Assembly: GCF_004010195.1 (NCBI RefSeq)
Contig: NC_057711.1
Span: 49,107,847-49,171,846 of the forward strand
From: Chiloscyllium plagiosum
Lineage: Eukaryota
Length of the DNA: 64,000 nucleotides
Direction of reading: 5' to 3'
Part shown: positions 23,920 to 35,700 of the stretch, one piece after another
Numbering within the stretch: the stretch's first letter is position 1
How the letters are laid out: every line of letters begins with the position of its first letter
Translations under genes and position numbers: made by a program
Notes under the pieces: model-generated
What the model was told of the DNA's origin: nothing
Database searches by the model: none
The model's input: only the letters and a program-made list of their open reading frames with translations

Positions 23920-24125
23920 ATTTCATTCCCAAAAGGACATTAGTGAACTAGAATTGTTTTTTAAATACAAATTGATGATGGACTGCATTAGAGTGGCTAT
24001 TTATTCCAGATTTTTTAAAAATTGAATTCAAATTTTCCCATCTGTTGGAATTTGAATCAATGACTATAGAACATCAGCCTGGGGCTTTTGATTACTAATT
24101 CAGTGGCATAAACCAGGAGCACCTT
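23920..24125 (-). mobile_element. SacSINE1/Deu-SINE-like element, old
   Basis: ggacattagtgaactaga...attccagatt...ttgaattcaaatt; homologous to 28770-29034. Confidence 0.65.
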
Positions 24126-24184
24126 CCCAAAGTAGAATGTAAAAATTTAGTTAGAACATGAAAGCCAGTGTTTTAAAATTGAGT

Positions 24185-24575
24185 TATTGATGAATCAGAA
24201 ATCAGTGTAGGTGTTTGGGTATAGTGTGAATGTTGTCTGGTATGAGCTAGAAAATGAGCAATGGAACTTGAGATGCCTTCAAGTTTATGGATAGAATAAG
24301 ATAGGAGGCTGGCTTGGACACTACTGCAACAGTTGAGTCCACGAGTGAAAAAATAATTGATGAAGATTGAGCAGATGTGCTTATCTAGAGTGGAGATTGG
24401 TGATGTTACAGAGGAAAAAATGATCATTGTGATCGAAAAGATAATAGGATCAGAAGATCAGCTCGAGTGAATTAGGATCCTAAGGTTGTAAACAGTTTAG
24501 TTCAGCGTGAGATATTGGTCAAGGAGAAGAATGCGATCAATGATGAGATAAGAATTTGCTCTGAAGAAGAATCAT
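24185..24575 (-). mobile_element. L2-type LINE fragment
   Basis: Decayed L2 C-terminal motifs on minus (LNCCSSVQASL ~ LDYCN.LLAGL; NL.IL region); similar in character to 52600-53240. Confidence 0.5.
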
Positions 24576-25995
24576 CCATGCAAACCTACCTTTGTTTCCA
24601 ACATTGATTAATTTACAGTCTCTTTCCAACTCTTTCTACATTCATTCCAGAACGAAACCAGTTTTTGCAAGATTTCATTTAACAGTAAAAAGGAGCACTG
24701 ACCCAGATATTAAATCAACATTTTGTTAACAAAGCAGCAAACCTTTCCTCGACAATATTGGTAACATTGAGAACATTCCAAATGATATAATTCATTACTT
24801 CTGGCTGAGTTTAATCATGACCCAAGTCTCTTCATTCGAACAAAGTTCAGCAAAGGAATCTTTCATTAAAGCTGAAGGTCATCGTCACCTCCCTTTGATA
24901 TGTCAGAATTGATGTAATTCAGATTGTGAAAGTCAGGTTATTTAACTTTGTTGGAATTTGTATGATTTCTTGGCAACAAAGTCATCTTTAATAAAATTTA
25001 TAATTTTCAAGTTATACATGTGAAATCTACATGATAGACCTAATTATTAGTCAGAAACTCTCCTGGTTTAATTTGTTTCCAAAGTCTGGCTCCACATTTT
25101 TTCATTATTTTCTTCTCTGTTTAAATCCCATAGCATATTTTCAAAATGATGATATATAATTTTTAGGTTCTATGCTAAAGATTTAACTTGTATCAATTAT
25201 AATTGGACAGTCTGCTATGGAGAGAGATCATTATCTGACTGAATTATGTAAGGTATTTGCTGCTTCAGTTTCCCCAAGTCAGATTTCAACATGAAGTTGG
25301 GGAAATCCACACAATCTACTTGGATCTCACCACATCTCTGGGGAAATGTTAAAAAAACCCACAGGTTTCCACTATTTCTGGGAATTTCTTCTTTACCTTG
25401 CAAGGAGTAAAATATCTATCTGGCCAGTGTGGGATTTATCTTAAGTCATGCACTCATACACAACAGCAAGAAGGAGGATCCTGCATAATAGTATGTGTGC
25501 ACTAACCAGCACAAACATGGGTTGCATAACAGGCTTGGCAAATAACCTGAAGTGTTGAAGAATTTTCAATGTTTAAAAAAATCTGTCTTGCACAAGGAAT
25601 CAGTAGAACAATGATAGGACCTGGACAATCGAACCCATCTCCCCTCCAAGCATGCAACAGATTTCTTTGTTCATACCTAAGTATGCCACTCTCCCACTAA
25701 CCCTGTCAATTCTAACCAAAGGCTATTCCTTTGTTCTTATGTTTTCATGAAGACTCGCTCAATGGTGATTGTGATATATTTTCTTGTGTTAAAGTTAAAA
25801 CATAGTTGTTTCAATTCAAGTGTTTCTTTTCTTCAACTTTACAAGAAATTCTTCATTGACTGTAGGGAATGATTGTATGATAGGCTGATGAGACACAACT
25901 AAGCATTTTCATTTACCAAGGAGAACAATAATGACACACTTAGCTGTGTCACTCTTCTTTATTACAATAGCATTATTCCTTCCATCATAAGCACA

Positions 25996-26199
25996 GTCGA
26001 AGAGTATGGTGCTGGAAAAGCACAACCAGTCAGACAACATTCGGGGAGCAGGAGAGTCAACATTTCGAGGCTCCTAATGAAGAGCTTATGCTCAAAACGT
26101 CAATTCTCCTGCTCCTCAGATGCTGCTTGACTGGCTGTGCTTTTCCAGCACCATACTCTTCGACTCTGATCTCCAGCATCTGCAGTGCTCACTTTCTCC
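25996..26199 (+). mobile_element. Fold-back PLE family A insertion
   Basis: Arms gtcgaagagtatggtgctggaaaag / cttttccagcaccatactcttcgac; decayed core ctaatgaagagcttatgctcaaaacgtc at 26074-26101; no clear long TSD. Confidence 0.88.
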
Positions 26200-26629
26200 C
26201 ACAAGAAAACAATAACCCAGGCAAATTAATACTAAGCTATATGAACTCTACAGATTACCATTACTGTGGCCTTGCTTGCAATTTACATCATGTATCATAT
26301 GTTGTTTCTTTTGTCCCCTCCTTTCGAGAAGTAATTGCACATTGGATTGCAATTCCATGGATGTTGATAGTTATCTAGTAAATTTATTAACCTGAGAGTG
26401 GGCATCGTGTATTGATAGGGCATCGTGTAGTAAGATAGGTAATACTGCACAACTAACCATTGAACTAACTAATTCAATGCATGTCATGCACATTTTCCAG
26501 CAGGGTTGCTGGGAAATAATCAGAAGTACAATCCATGTGTAATTATTGCCTGCTCCCCAGCCACCCAAAACTTTGTAGTCCAAAGATCAGGACAATCCAG
26601 GACAAAGCAGTCTATTGGATCGGCATTTT

Positions 26630-27030
26630 AAGCACTCATTGCTTCCACCACTGAAGTACAGTGACAGTAGGTGTGTACCATCTACAAGATGTGCTGCAGG
26701 AGCTCACCAAGGTTCCTTCAACAATACCTTCCAAGCTTCTACCCAGAAGAACAAAAATAGCAAACATATGGGAACATTGGCAATTACAAATTCCACTCCA
26801 AGTTACAGATCATCCTGACTTGATTCCGTTCCTTCGTTGGGGCTGTGTCAAAATCCTGGAACTCCCACCCTAACAACACTGTGGACAAATCTACATTAGG
26901 GGGAAGGCAGTGTGCTCAAAGGTAGCTTCACCAGCACCTTTCAGAGGAAATTAAAGATCCAGAAAAATATGCAGCAAAATATGTTGGCCCAGCCAATGAT
27001 TCTCACTTCCCATAAAAGAATTGAAATAAA
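26630..27030 (+). mobile_element. LINE family B 3' fragment
   Basis: gtgtgtaccatctacaagatg...ctcaccaagg...tcaaaatcctggaactccc; homologous to 4150-4560. Confidence 0.75.
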
Positions 27031-27829
27031 TAGAATCCAGTGGGATCTTGGCTAAGATGACTGACCACATCCTAAACCATCTGGCCTATGAGACCCAGTA
27101 CAAAACTATATGAAGTATCTCTCTCATAAAGGGAAGTTTAGCAGTATTCTTTCATTATTTTTAATACCACATAAGCCACAATCTACCACATAAGCGGAAA
27201 TCTATCAGTCATCTTAACATTCATTTGTTTATGTCTGATAACATAGAGAAGCATTTTAATTTGAAAATCAGACTACAAAATTCTTTTCTGTGAGATGGGA
27301 ATATGCTCAGGAATGTGACATTGTATATGTTATGTTATCACTGTAGACCAGCTGAACTACTCTATTTTAAATTTTTTCTGGCAGTTATGTCCATGTAGAG
27401 TACTTCAAAGAACAACTGCAGCTCTCATCTTGACTTGTCCCTGACTAAATATGCACATCACAAAATATCAAACTTGTAACTGTCTAAGCAGTTGTCTCTG
27501 GGGTCTGTAAGGAAACTGTCTTTGATAAAACCATTTCTTTTAAAACACATACAACAAAAGTTTGACCTTTTGTAAATATGCAAGCAAAATATCATTAATG
27601 CCACACAAAAGCTAAACTTCACACTGGGCTCTTCAGTGTAACAGAGTAAAAGCTTTTCCCCTTTTCTGTGTTCAGTGCAATCCCAGGACCAGCAATATTT
27701 GTCATGGAACACTCTCAAGTATCACTGTGAAGGGAAACTTCTCAAGCTTTATCTTGTGGGTTTCTTCAGGGCAGAAGGTGGAAATGGCAGGTTCAAGTAA
27801 CAGTGCAGTTTCAAAAAGGAAACCAAAAC

Positions 27830-28592
27830 TGTTATTATACAAGTAAGGAGGTTACAATTGAACTGTATATAACATTAGTTCAGCCACAGTTGGAGAACTG
27901 TGAGCAGTTCTGGTCACTACTCTACAGGAGGGATATACTTAGGCTAGAATGTGCAAAAACGATTCGTTGCCATGTTGAACAAATGTCTCAAGAAAAAACA
28001 TACCCGACTCGAAAAGTTAATCCTGCTTTTTCTCTCTACAAATGCTGCTAAACCCACCAAGTATTCCCATCACCTCCACGTTTTTTTTTTAGATTTCCAG
28101 TATATGCAGGATTTTGCTTTTATCACCAGGATGTTGCCTGGTCTGAAGCGATTCAGCTATGAAGAGAGGTTGGGGTTGTTTTTCCTGGAGTAGAGAAAGC
28201 TGGGGATCGGTGATTGAGGTGCTCTGAGGGAATAGACAGGACAGATAGGGATATACCTTCCCTCTTAGTAGACGGTCTATAACAAGGGGGCATGGTTTTA
28301 TGGGAAGGAATGGGAAGTTTAGAGGGGATTTGAGGAAATATTTTTGTCACCCAGAGGGTTGTGGGTATCTGGAACTCACTATCTGAAAGGTGTTGGTCAG
28401 GTAAGCAGAAGGGGACCCTCAAGACATTTAAGAACTATTTAGCTGAACACTTAAAACAACATAGCATACAAGGCGTTGGGCTGTATGCTGGAAAATGAGA
28501 TTAGAATAGATGGATGATTTATGACTGACATGAACATGATGAGCCAAAGAGTTCCTTACCTTGTTGTAAAACTCAATGTGTCTATGACTCTC
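27830..28592 (+). mobile_element. CR1 3' fragment interrupted by a PLE family B terminal repeat (~27970-28122)
   Basis: LYITLVQPQLENCEQFWS before, and TRMLPGLKRFSYEERL after, the insert gactcgaaaagttaa...agatttccagtatatgcag. Confidence 0.85.
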
Positions 28593-28769
28593 CATGACAA
28601 CTGGAACTGGTGGTGAGATTGTTAACTATGTGGCAATCAGCTAGCCATGCTTCCTGAGTGATAATGTGTTATGGTGTCACAATAAGTTGTGATGTACTAT
28701 AAAATCCCATAATATTATTGTTGTGGATTTTCTTCATTTAAATAAAATATAACTTTCTTTTAAATTCAA

Positions 28770-29034
28770 TTAATGGATGTGGGTTTTCTAGATATACCAG
28801 CATTTATTGCCTATTCCTAATTGCCCAGAGTGCAGTTAAGAGTCAATCACATTTCTGTGGGTCAGGAGTCACATGTTCGCCTACCTAAAGTACATGAGTG
28901 AACTAGATAGGTGTTTCTGACCATGTACAATGGATTCATGATCATCATTAGATCTTTAATTCCAGATTCTTTATTGAATTCAAATTCTACCATCTGCCAT
29001 GACAGGATTTGAACCCAGGTCCCCAGGACATTAG
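28770..29034 (-). mobile_element. SacSINE1/Deu-SINE-like element; its 5' head continues at 30676-30720 after the nested PLE
   Basis: B-box gggttcaaatcc on minus (~29005-29016); tail ccagcatttattgcctattcctaattgccc shared with LINE family B. Confidence 0.75.
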
Positions 29035-30660
29035 AGTCAAGAGTGTGGTGCTGGAAAAGTACAGCAGGTCAGGCAGCATCTGAGGAGCAGGAGAATCGAC
29101 GTTTTGGGCAAAAGCCCTCCATCAGAATGAGGCTGTGAGCCAAGGCAGTGGAGAAATAAATGGGAGGGGGCGTGGGGCTGAGGGGAAGCTAGCCGACAGT
29201 GTAATAGGTAGGTGGAGGTGGGGGTAATGATAATAGATCAGAAGGGATGGTGGAGCAAATAGGTGGGAAGGAAGATGGACAGGTAGGATAGTTCAAGAGG
29301 GCAGTGCCAAGCTGTAAGGTTGAAACTGGGATAAGGTGGGGGGGAGGGGAAATTAGGAAACTGGTGTAATCCAAATTGATGCCATAGGATTGGACGGTCC
29401 CTAGGCAGAAGATGAGGTGTTCTTCCTCCAGGAAGTGGAAATGGAGGAGGCCCAGCACCTGCATGTCCTCAGCAGAGTGGGAGGGAGGGGTTGAAGTGTT
29501 CCACCATGGGGGGTGGGGTTGGTTGGTGCGGGTGTCCCAGAAATGTTCTCTAAAGTGCTCTGTGAGAAGGCGTCTAGTCTCCCCAATTTAGGGGAGACCA
29601 CATCGGGAGCAACGGATACAGTAAATGACATGTGTGGAAGTGCAGGTGAAAATGAGATGTAGAAGGCTCCTTTGGGGCCTTGGATGGAGATGAGAGGGCA
29701 GGTGTAGGCACAGGTTTTATAGTTCCTGCAGTGGCAGAGGAACGTGCTGGGAGGAGACTTCCATATACATTGTATCATCTTTCGCCATTTCCACCACCTA
29801 CAAACGGACCCCACCACCCCTATCCGCTTTCCATAAAGACCGTTCCGTGTGCGACTACCTTGTCAGGTCCACACTCCTCAACAACCCAACCTGCCCTCCA
29901 GACACCTTCCCCTGCCACCGCAGGAATTGCAAAACCTGCACCCACACCTCCCCCCTCACCTCCGTCCAAGGCTCCAAAGGAGCCTTCCACATCCACTAAC
30001 ATTTCACCTGCACTTTCACACATCTCATTTACTGTATCTGTTGTTCCTGATGCAGTCTCCTCTACATTGGGGAGATAGTATGCCTACTTGCAGACTGCTT
30101 CAGAGAACATCTCTGGGACACCCACACCAACCAACCCCACCACCCTGTGGCCGAATGCTTCAACTCCCCCTCCCAAGCCGCTGAGGACATGCAGGTCCTG
30201 GGCCTCCTCCATTGCCACTCCCTTACCACCCGACACCTGGGGGAAGAATGCCTCATCTTCCACCTCGGGACCCTCCAACCCTATGGCATCAATGTGGATT
30301 TCACCAGTTTCCTCATTTCCCCTCCCCCACCTTATCCCAGTTTCAAACTGCCAACCTAGCACCGCCCTCATGACCTGTCCTACCTGTCCATCTTCCTACC
30401 CACCTATCCGCTCCCACCCTCCCCTCCGACCTATCACCATTACCCCCCACCTCCAGCCACCTATCGCACTCTCAGCTATCTTCCCCCAGACCCACCTCCC
30501 TCCCATTTATCTCTCCACCCCGAGGCTCCCAATCTCATTCCTGATGAAAGGCTTTTGCCTAAAATGTCGATTTGCCTGTGCCTCGGATGCTGCCTGACCT
30601 GCTGTGCTTTTCCAGCAACACACTCTCGACTCTAATCTCCAGCATCTGCTGTACTCACTT
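29035..30660 (+). mobile_element. 1.6-kb inverted Penelope-like element: minus arm 29035-~29755, plus arm ~29756-30660, GIY-YIG endonuclease pseudogene in both arms
   Basis: TFPCHRRNCKTC zinc knuckle and FTCTFTHLIYCICCS*CSLLYIGE...FREHL (GIY-YIG). Perfect 15-bp TSD tccccaggacattag (29020-29034, 30661-30675). Confidence 0.93.
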
Positions 30661-30974
30661 TCCCCAGGACATTAGCTGAGTTTCTGGATTAATAGTCCAG
30701 CAGTAGTTCCCCTCGGCTGTTGCTGCTCCATTTTAAAATATTGAATGTGAAATTACTCCTGTATAAATACTGAACTCTTTCACCTGAAACTCCACTCCAG
30801 ACATTTTTTTAACATAAGTCAACAGGTCAATTTCTCCTTGAAAGTTTTTTCAAGAATTTCAAGTAGACATTTTGAATATTTGTGTATTGCTATCTCAAAT
30901 ATATAATGACAAGGTTAATTTTCTTTTGATATTACAATTTAGTTACAATGGGCTAGTTAAAGCATCTGCCAGAA

Positions 30975-31396
30975 ATTTCCTGATCTGTGCACAGCCCAAA
31001 CCATCACAGAACCCAGCCTTCCATCCATGGATTGAATTTACACAACTCATTGCCATGGAAAGACTGTCAACATCATCAAAGACCCATCCCACCCTGGTAA
31101 TGCTCTCCTACAACATCTTCCGTCAGGTGAAAGAGACAGAAGCTTGAATACTCACACCAGCAGGCTTAGGAACAGCTTCTTCCTGGCCATTACTTGAATA
31201 AACTCTCTAACTTCCAATAGTGATGATCTTGCCAAGGGCATGCCTTGTGCGCCATAACTTGTGCGCTTCTGTCTAAGTTTTTCTCTACCCGATGATATGT
31301 ATGTCCTTTCTTACTCTAATCTGCTTGCTCAGAAACAGAGCTTTTCACTATACTTAGGTACACATGACAATAGATAAATCAAATCAAATCAAATCA
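30975..31396 (+). mobile_element. Rex1/Babar-type LINE 3' end
   Basis: NIIKDPSHPGNALLQHLPSG..RSLNTHTSRLRNSFFLAI; (aaatc)n tail. Confidence 0.8.
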
Positions 31397-31959
31397 GTGC
31401 AACAAACAACAATCTGATAATCGACTGCACCTTTCTACTTTTGCCCCATTAGTCTTGACTCTTTTACTGATTAACAATATGTCTACCTCAGCCTTGAATA
31501 TTGACATACTGAATCCACAGCCTTCAGTGGTAAAGAATTTTATAGAATGACTTCCCTCTGAGAGAAGGATGACCACATACTCCAGCATAATTTCCTGAGA
31601 ATTTCACACCATTCAACTTGGTACGCAAAACACTGGTGGGATATGTGTATATTGTTTAATTTTCACACAACTGGCAGGAATGTTGTTAATTAAAGGCACT
31701 GAGAGTCTTAAAGAATTGCAAAGATCCTAGTTGGATCTTGCAATGTGTTTGATGCATAATCCCTTGTAGCAAGAAACTAGGCACAAATATTGTGGTATTG
31801 AAGAATCCAACTGAAACATTACTAAGTTTCTGGAATAATATTAAGCTACTAAGTTACAACAGAGGCGCATGCCAAGTGATCCCAAGTAAAATGAAGTACC
31901 TTTTACACTCAGGTCACATGCAATGATACAGTGATAACATCTTGAGCATAGTTCGAGAA

Positions 31960-32303
31960 ATAGAGTCATAGAGAAGTATAGCACAGGAATAGACCCTTCA
32001 GTCCAACTCGTCTGTTCTGACCAGCTATCCAAAATTAACTTCGTCCCATTTGCCAGCATTTGACCCATATCCCTCCAGACCCTTCCCATTAATATACCCA
32101 TCCAGTTGCCTTTTAAGTATTGTAATTGTCCCAGCCTCCACCACTTCCTCTGGCAGCTCATTCCATACATGCACATCCCTCTGCATGAAAAAGTTGCCCC
32201 TTTGATCCCTTTTAAATCTTTGCCCTCTCACCATAAACCTAAGTCCTCTTGTTCTGGACTCTTCCACCCCAAGGAAAAGACCTTGTCTATTTACCCTATC
32301 TAT
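31960..32303 (-). mobile_element. CR1 3' end
   Basis: RGNFFMQRDVHVWNELPEEVVEAGTI; gagtcatagag tail. Confidence 0.92.
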
Positions 32304-32759
32304 GAAGTTATACACATACAGATTATGAAACAAACCATGATAGTTTCTGGGATCAATAATGAGCTTTGCCCTTGTGTCTCATTTCATTCAAGTGCCTATT
32401 GTTAATGAATAAAAAGTGCAAAGAATTCATGCAATTATCATAAATGCATGTTAAGGAAATATTGGAAATATATGTCTGTTTGTAGACCATATGGAAAACT
32501 TGAATATATTAAACTGCTTACACAGTTCCAGGATTAAAACGAGTTTTAACCAAAATGTGCTTAAAAGGAATCCATGGTTTCTTGGAAATGAGGACAACAG
32601 TTTAATATCGGCTATGATTCTTCGGCTGATTACAGAAAGTCAGATGACTTAGAAAAATTACATTCTTGGCACCAGCACCATGTTTAACAGATGTTCACCT
32701 CAACAAGAACTGCCTGTCCAGACCTGCCCTGCACAGTTCCTGACATTCGTCATAGTCAC

Positions 32760-33560
32760 AGCAAAGACGGGAAGGTTCTTTGTGGACAGGGACTTCGAGG
32801 TCCCGTTACAGTGGTGTGTAGAGGCAGGAATCTTTTTTTCCACAGGACCAGCAGGGGAAACCCTGACAACAGACCACAGGCAGTTCTTCTATAATGTGAT
32901 GGCTGCATTCTTGTGCAACCCCGCATTATAGAAAAATTGTGCTTGAGAAACAACACTTAAAGTGTTGGCACTGTAAACACTTTACAGCCAACACACATTT
33001 TAAAAGTTCGCACTTTAGAAACTGTGTCCCCAGGTCGTCAATCGCGTTACAGCGAATTTGCGTTGATGAAACACGTGTTATAACAGAACAACCTGCATAT
33101 CATCCTGGTCTGAGTTTGCCACTCGATTGTAAGTAGAAATGCACAGCAATGGAGGAAGAGGATCAATTACCTTCTCCACTTTGTCAATGTAAGTGTCACC
33201 ATCTTCTTTCTGGTACCTCACACTTACTTTATTCGTGCTATTGTATCCACATCCCATCCAGGTTCATGTTTTATCACTCTCACCATTACCTGCAACATTT
33301 TCCCTCACTCACTGCCAGCCACTCCAACCTTTGGCAGCCGTCACCATGCATGGTATTGCCTAATCTCGTGCTTAAGACACACTCCACATACACCAGAAAT
33401 AAGTCTGCCACCCACTTCCAACTCCTTTAATAGATGCCTGTCTTTCATTTTAGGAGGAATATTGTCTGCATTGAGAGAAAGAGTCAACATGGGTGGTGGA
33501 CTGCTCACTATTCAGCTGTTGTACCCTTATGAGGAGAGGATCCTGACTCAGGCCACCCTC
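32760..33560 (+). mobile_element. Second decayed Harbinger Myb/SANT gene; intron 33189-33453; exon 1 split by a MITE
   Basis: FVDRDFEV...FFPQDQQGKP [MITE] SSWSEFATR..RNAQQWRKRINYLLHFVN then gtaagt ... ttttag then ...RVNMGGGLLTIQLLYPYEERIL; aligns with the 11480-12075 copy. Confidence 0.75.
32877..33095. mobile_element. Tigger-like MITE
   Basis: TIRs caggcagttcttctataatgtg / cgtgttataacagaacaacctg; flanked on both sides by CA instead of TA. Confidence 0.65.
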
Positions 33561-34246
33561 AGTAGCTGACCGACCACATCCAAGTCCATGTCCTTGACTT
33601 ACTGTGCTGGATCCTCCTAATCCAAAGTATTCTCCCTTGAATTGACTGAGGACTGCTGACAACCATGACAAGCTTCCTGGCTTCATGTACGCACTAAATG
33701 GCAAGGCAATGCTGCAGTATTGAGCCTGGTATCTTTGCCTAAGAACAATGCAGAATGACACAAGGTAAGGCAAGGCAGGGATGGGGTGAGCATCTGGGTA
33801 GGATCAAAATGAGTGAGCACTTAAGGCAAGCAAACAGCCCAGAGGTGCAACCTGATCCTGTCCATAAGACTGGTGCACGTCCTTCAGAACAAAGTGTCCT
33901 TGTCGTAGCATAACATTGAAAGTTGTCATCTCACACTGAGGTGCAGCATTGAAGTGCAGCAACATCCTGTAAGTGGGTCAGAGATATGCCAGGATGGTTC
34001 TTAGAGGCTGGTATATGTTGATGCCAATAAACATAGGTATGTGTCATAGCCACAGGGAGCATGTGGCTGTTGAATATGCCTACTGTCCCTCATGGATAAG
34101 CAGTGAGCTGTTGTCACCAGTTACCTGCTCTAACGTCTAGGTCTAGGATTCTCAGTGTTTGCTCATGGCAGGTTGTACAATGGAAAGCTACTTATTAATG
34201 AGGCAGGGTTTGCAGGAAATAAGTTTGTTGACAATAAATAATGACT

Positions 34247-34455
34247 GAAAATGTGTTGCTGGAAAAGCGCAGCAGGTCAGGCAGCATCCAAGGAACAGGA
34301 GAATCGATGTTTCGAGCATAAGCCCTTCTTCAGGAAGGGCTTATGCCCGAAACGTCGATTCTCCTGCTCCTTGGATGCTGCCTGACCTGCTTCGCTTTTC
34401 CAGCAACACATTTTCAGCTCTGATCTCCAGCAGCTGCAGTCCTCACTTTCTCCTC
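34247..34455 (+). mobile_element. Fold-back PLE family A insertion, young
   Basis: ~85-bp inverted arms; perfect 15-bp TSD caataaataatgact (34232-34246, 34456-34470). Confidence 0.92.
34306..34333 (-). ncRNA. Minimal hammerhead ribozyme core
   Basis: CUGAAGA-A-GGGC-UUAU-GCUC-GAAA-CAUC on the minus strand. Confidence 0.55.
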
Positions 34456-34536
34456 CAATAAATAATGACTACCTAGCACAAATATCACTTTGATGCCTGG
34501 AACTAAGTTAAGAGATGAAGTGAGTTAAATCAAAGT

Positions 34537-34672
34537 GTTCTGAAGAAGGATAACTGGACCTTAAATGTTAACTCCGCTTTCCCTCCACTGATGCTACTGG
34601 ATTTGCAGAGTTTCTCCAGCAATTTCTATTTTTGTTTCAGATTTCCAGCATTCGCAGTTCTTTTTTTTTGTT
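34537..34672 (+). mobile_element. PLE family B terminal-repeat fragment, old
   Basis: ttctgaagaagga...gtttctccagcaatttctatttttgtttcagatttccagcattcgcag. Confidence 0.65.
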
Positions 34673-34839
34673 AGTACATCAAAATACTGCTTTAATTTTG
34701 AGGATTTTGAAAATAAATAACTTGTTAAAGCAGCAACATGAACACTGTTTAAATAATGCTTCTGGACTCTGTTTCTTTATGGTATTCCAGTAAAGTTTTG
34801 AAGCTCATCACTAAATGGTCTAACGCACAGACAGACAAC

Positions 34840-35700
34840 ATAGGGACAGGTTTAGGCAATTCGGCCCCTCAAACTGACACAACCATCAATGAGTTCATGC
34901 TGATCCATTTGTATTTCAAATTCCACATACCAACCTGCACCAAGTAATCTCTTGTTCCCTTCCTGATGAGAATCTTTCCACTTTTGACTTAAATGTATTC
35001 AATGACCCTGCTTGCACTACCTTCGAAGATGGACAGTTCCAAAGTTGCACAACCTTTTGAAAGAAAATGTTTCTCCTCAGCTCAGTTCTAAAAGGATGAC
35101 TCCTCACGTTAATTAAAAACCCATTTTATTTCCTAAGTCTTGTAAATGTTCTTAAAGCATACTGGTTAGCTTGTCCAAAAACAGATAAACCTGCTCAAAC
35201 ATATGTGGCCTAGTTTTTCATATTTCAAAAGGATACTGAAACAGGTGAAGAAGCTTTCTTTATTGAACTGGACTCAGCCACAAGAGAAAACATCCTTTCT
35301 ACATCCATCTTGTCAAGACAATTCAGGATCGTATAGATTCAACCAAGTCACCTCCCACTCTTCTAAACTCCAGTAGAAACAAGCCTAGCCTGTCCAAGTC
35401 ATCCCATAAGACAACCCACTCATTCCAGGTGTCAATCTGTATTGAATAAGTAGAACAAAACTGCAGAGCGTTCAAGATTTGGCCTCAGCAATGCCCTGTA
35501 TAACTGCAGCACAACATTCTTACTTTGATGTCAAATAATAAAGGGCAGAATTCCATCAGCCTCCTTGATTATGTGCTCTACATGTATAATAACTATTTGT
35601 GACACATGCAGTAGAATACCTGGATCCGACTGCCCCAAAGAATTTCACAGACATTCTCCGGTGAAGAAATACTTTGCTTTTTTAAAGCTTTTTCCACATA
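34840..35700 (-). mobile_element. Old CR1 3' fragment
   Basis: RSHPFRTELRRNIFFQKVVQLWN...VVQAGSLNTFK. Confidence 0.75.

Noticed and set aside
26400-26440. Short direct repeats (gggcatcgtgta x2; also taccacataagc x2 at ~27166-27195) as CRISPR-like arrays
   Set aside because: Only two units each; ordinary slippage duplications in a vertebrate genome.
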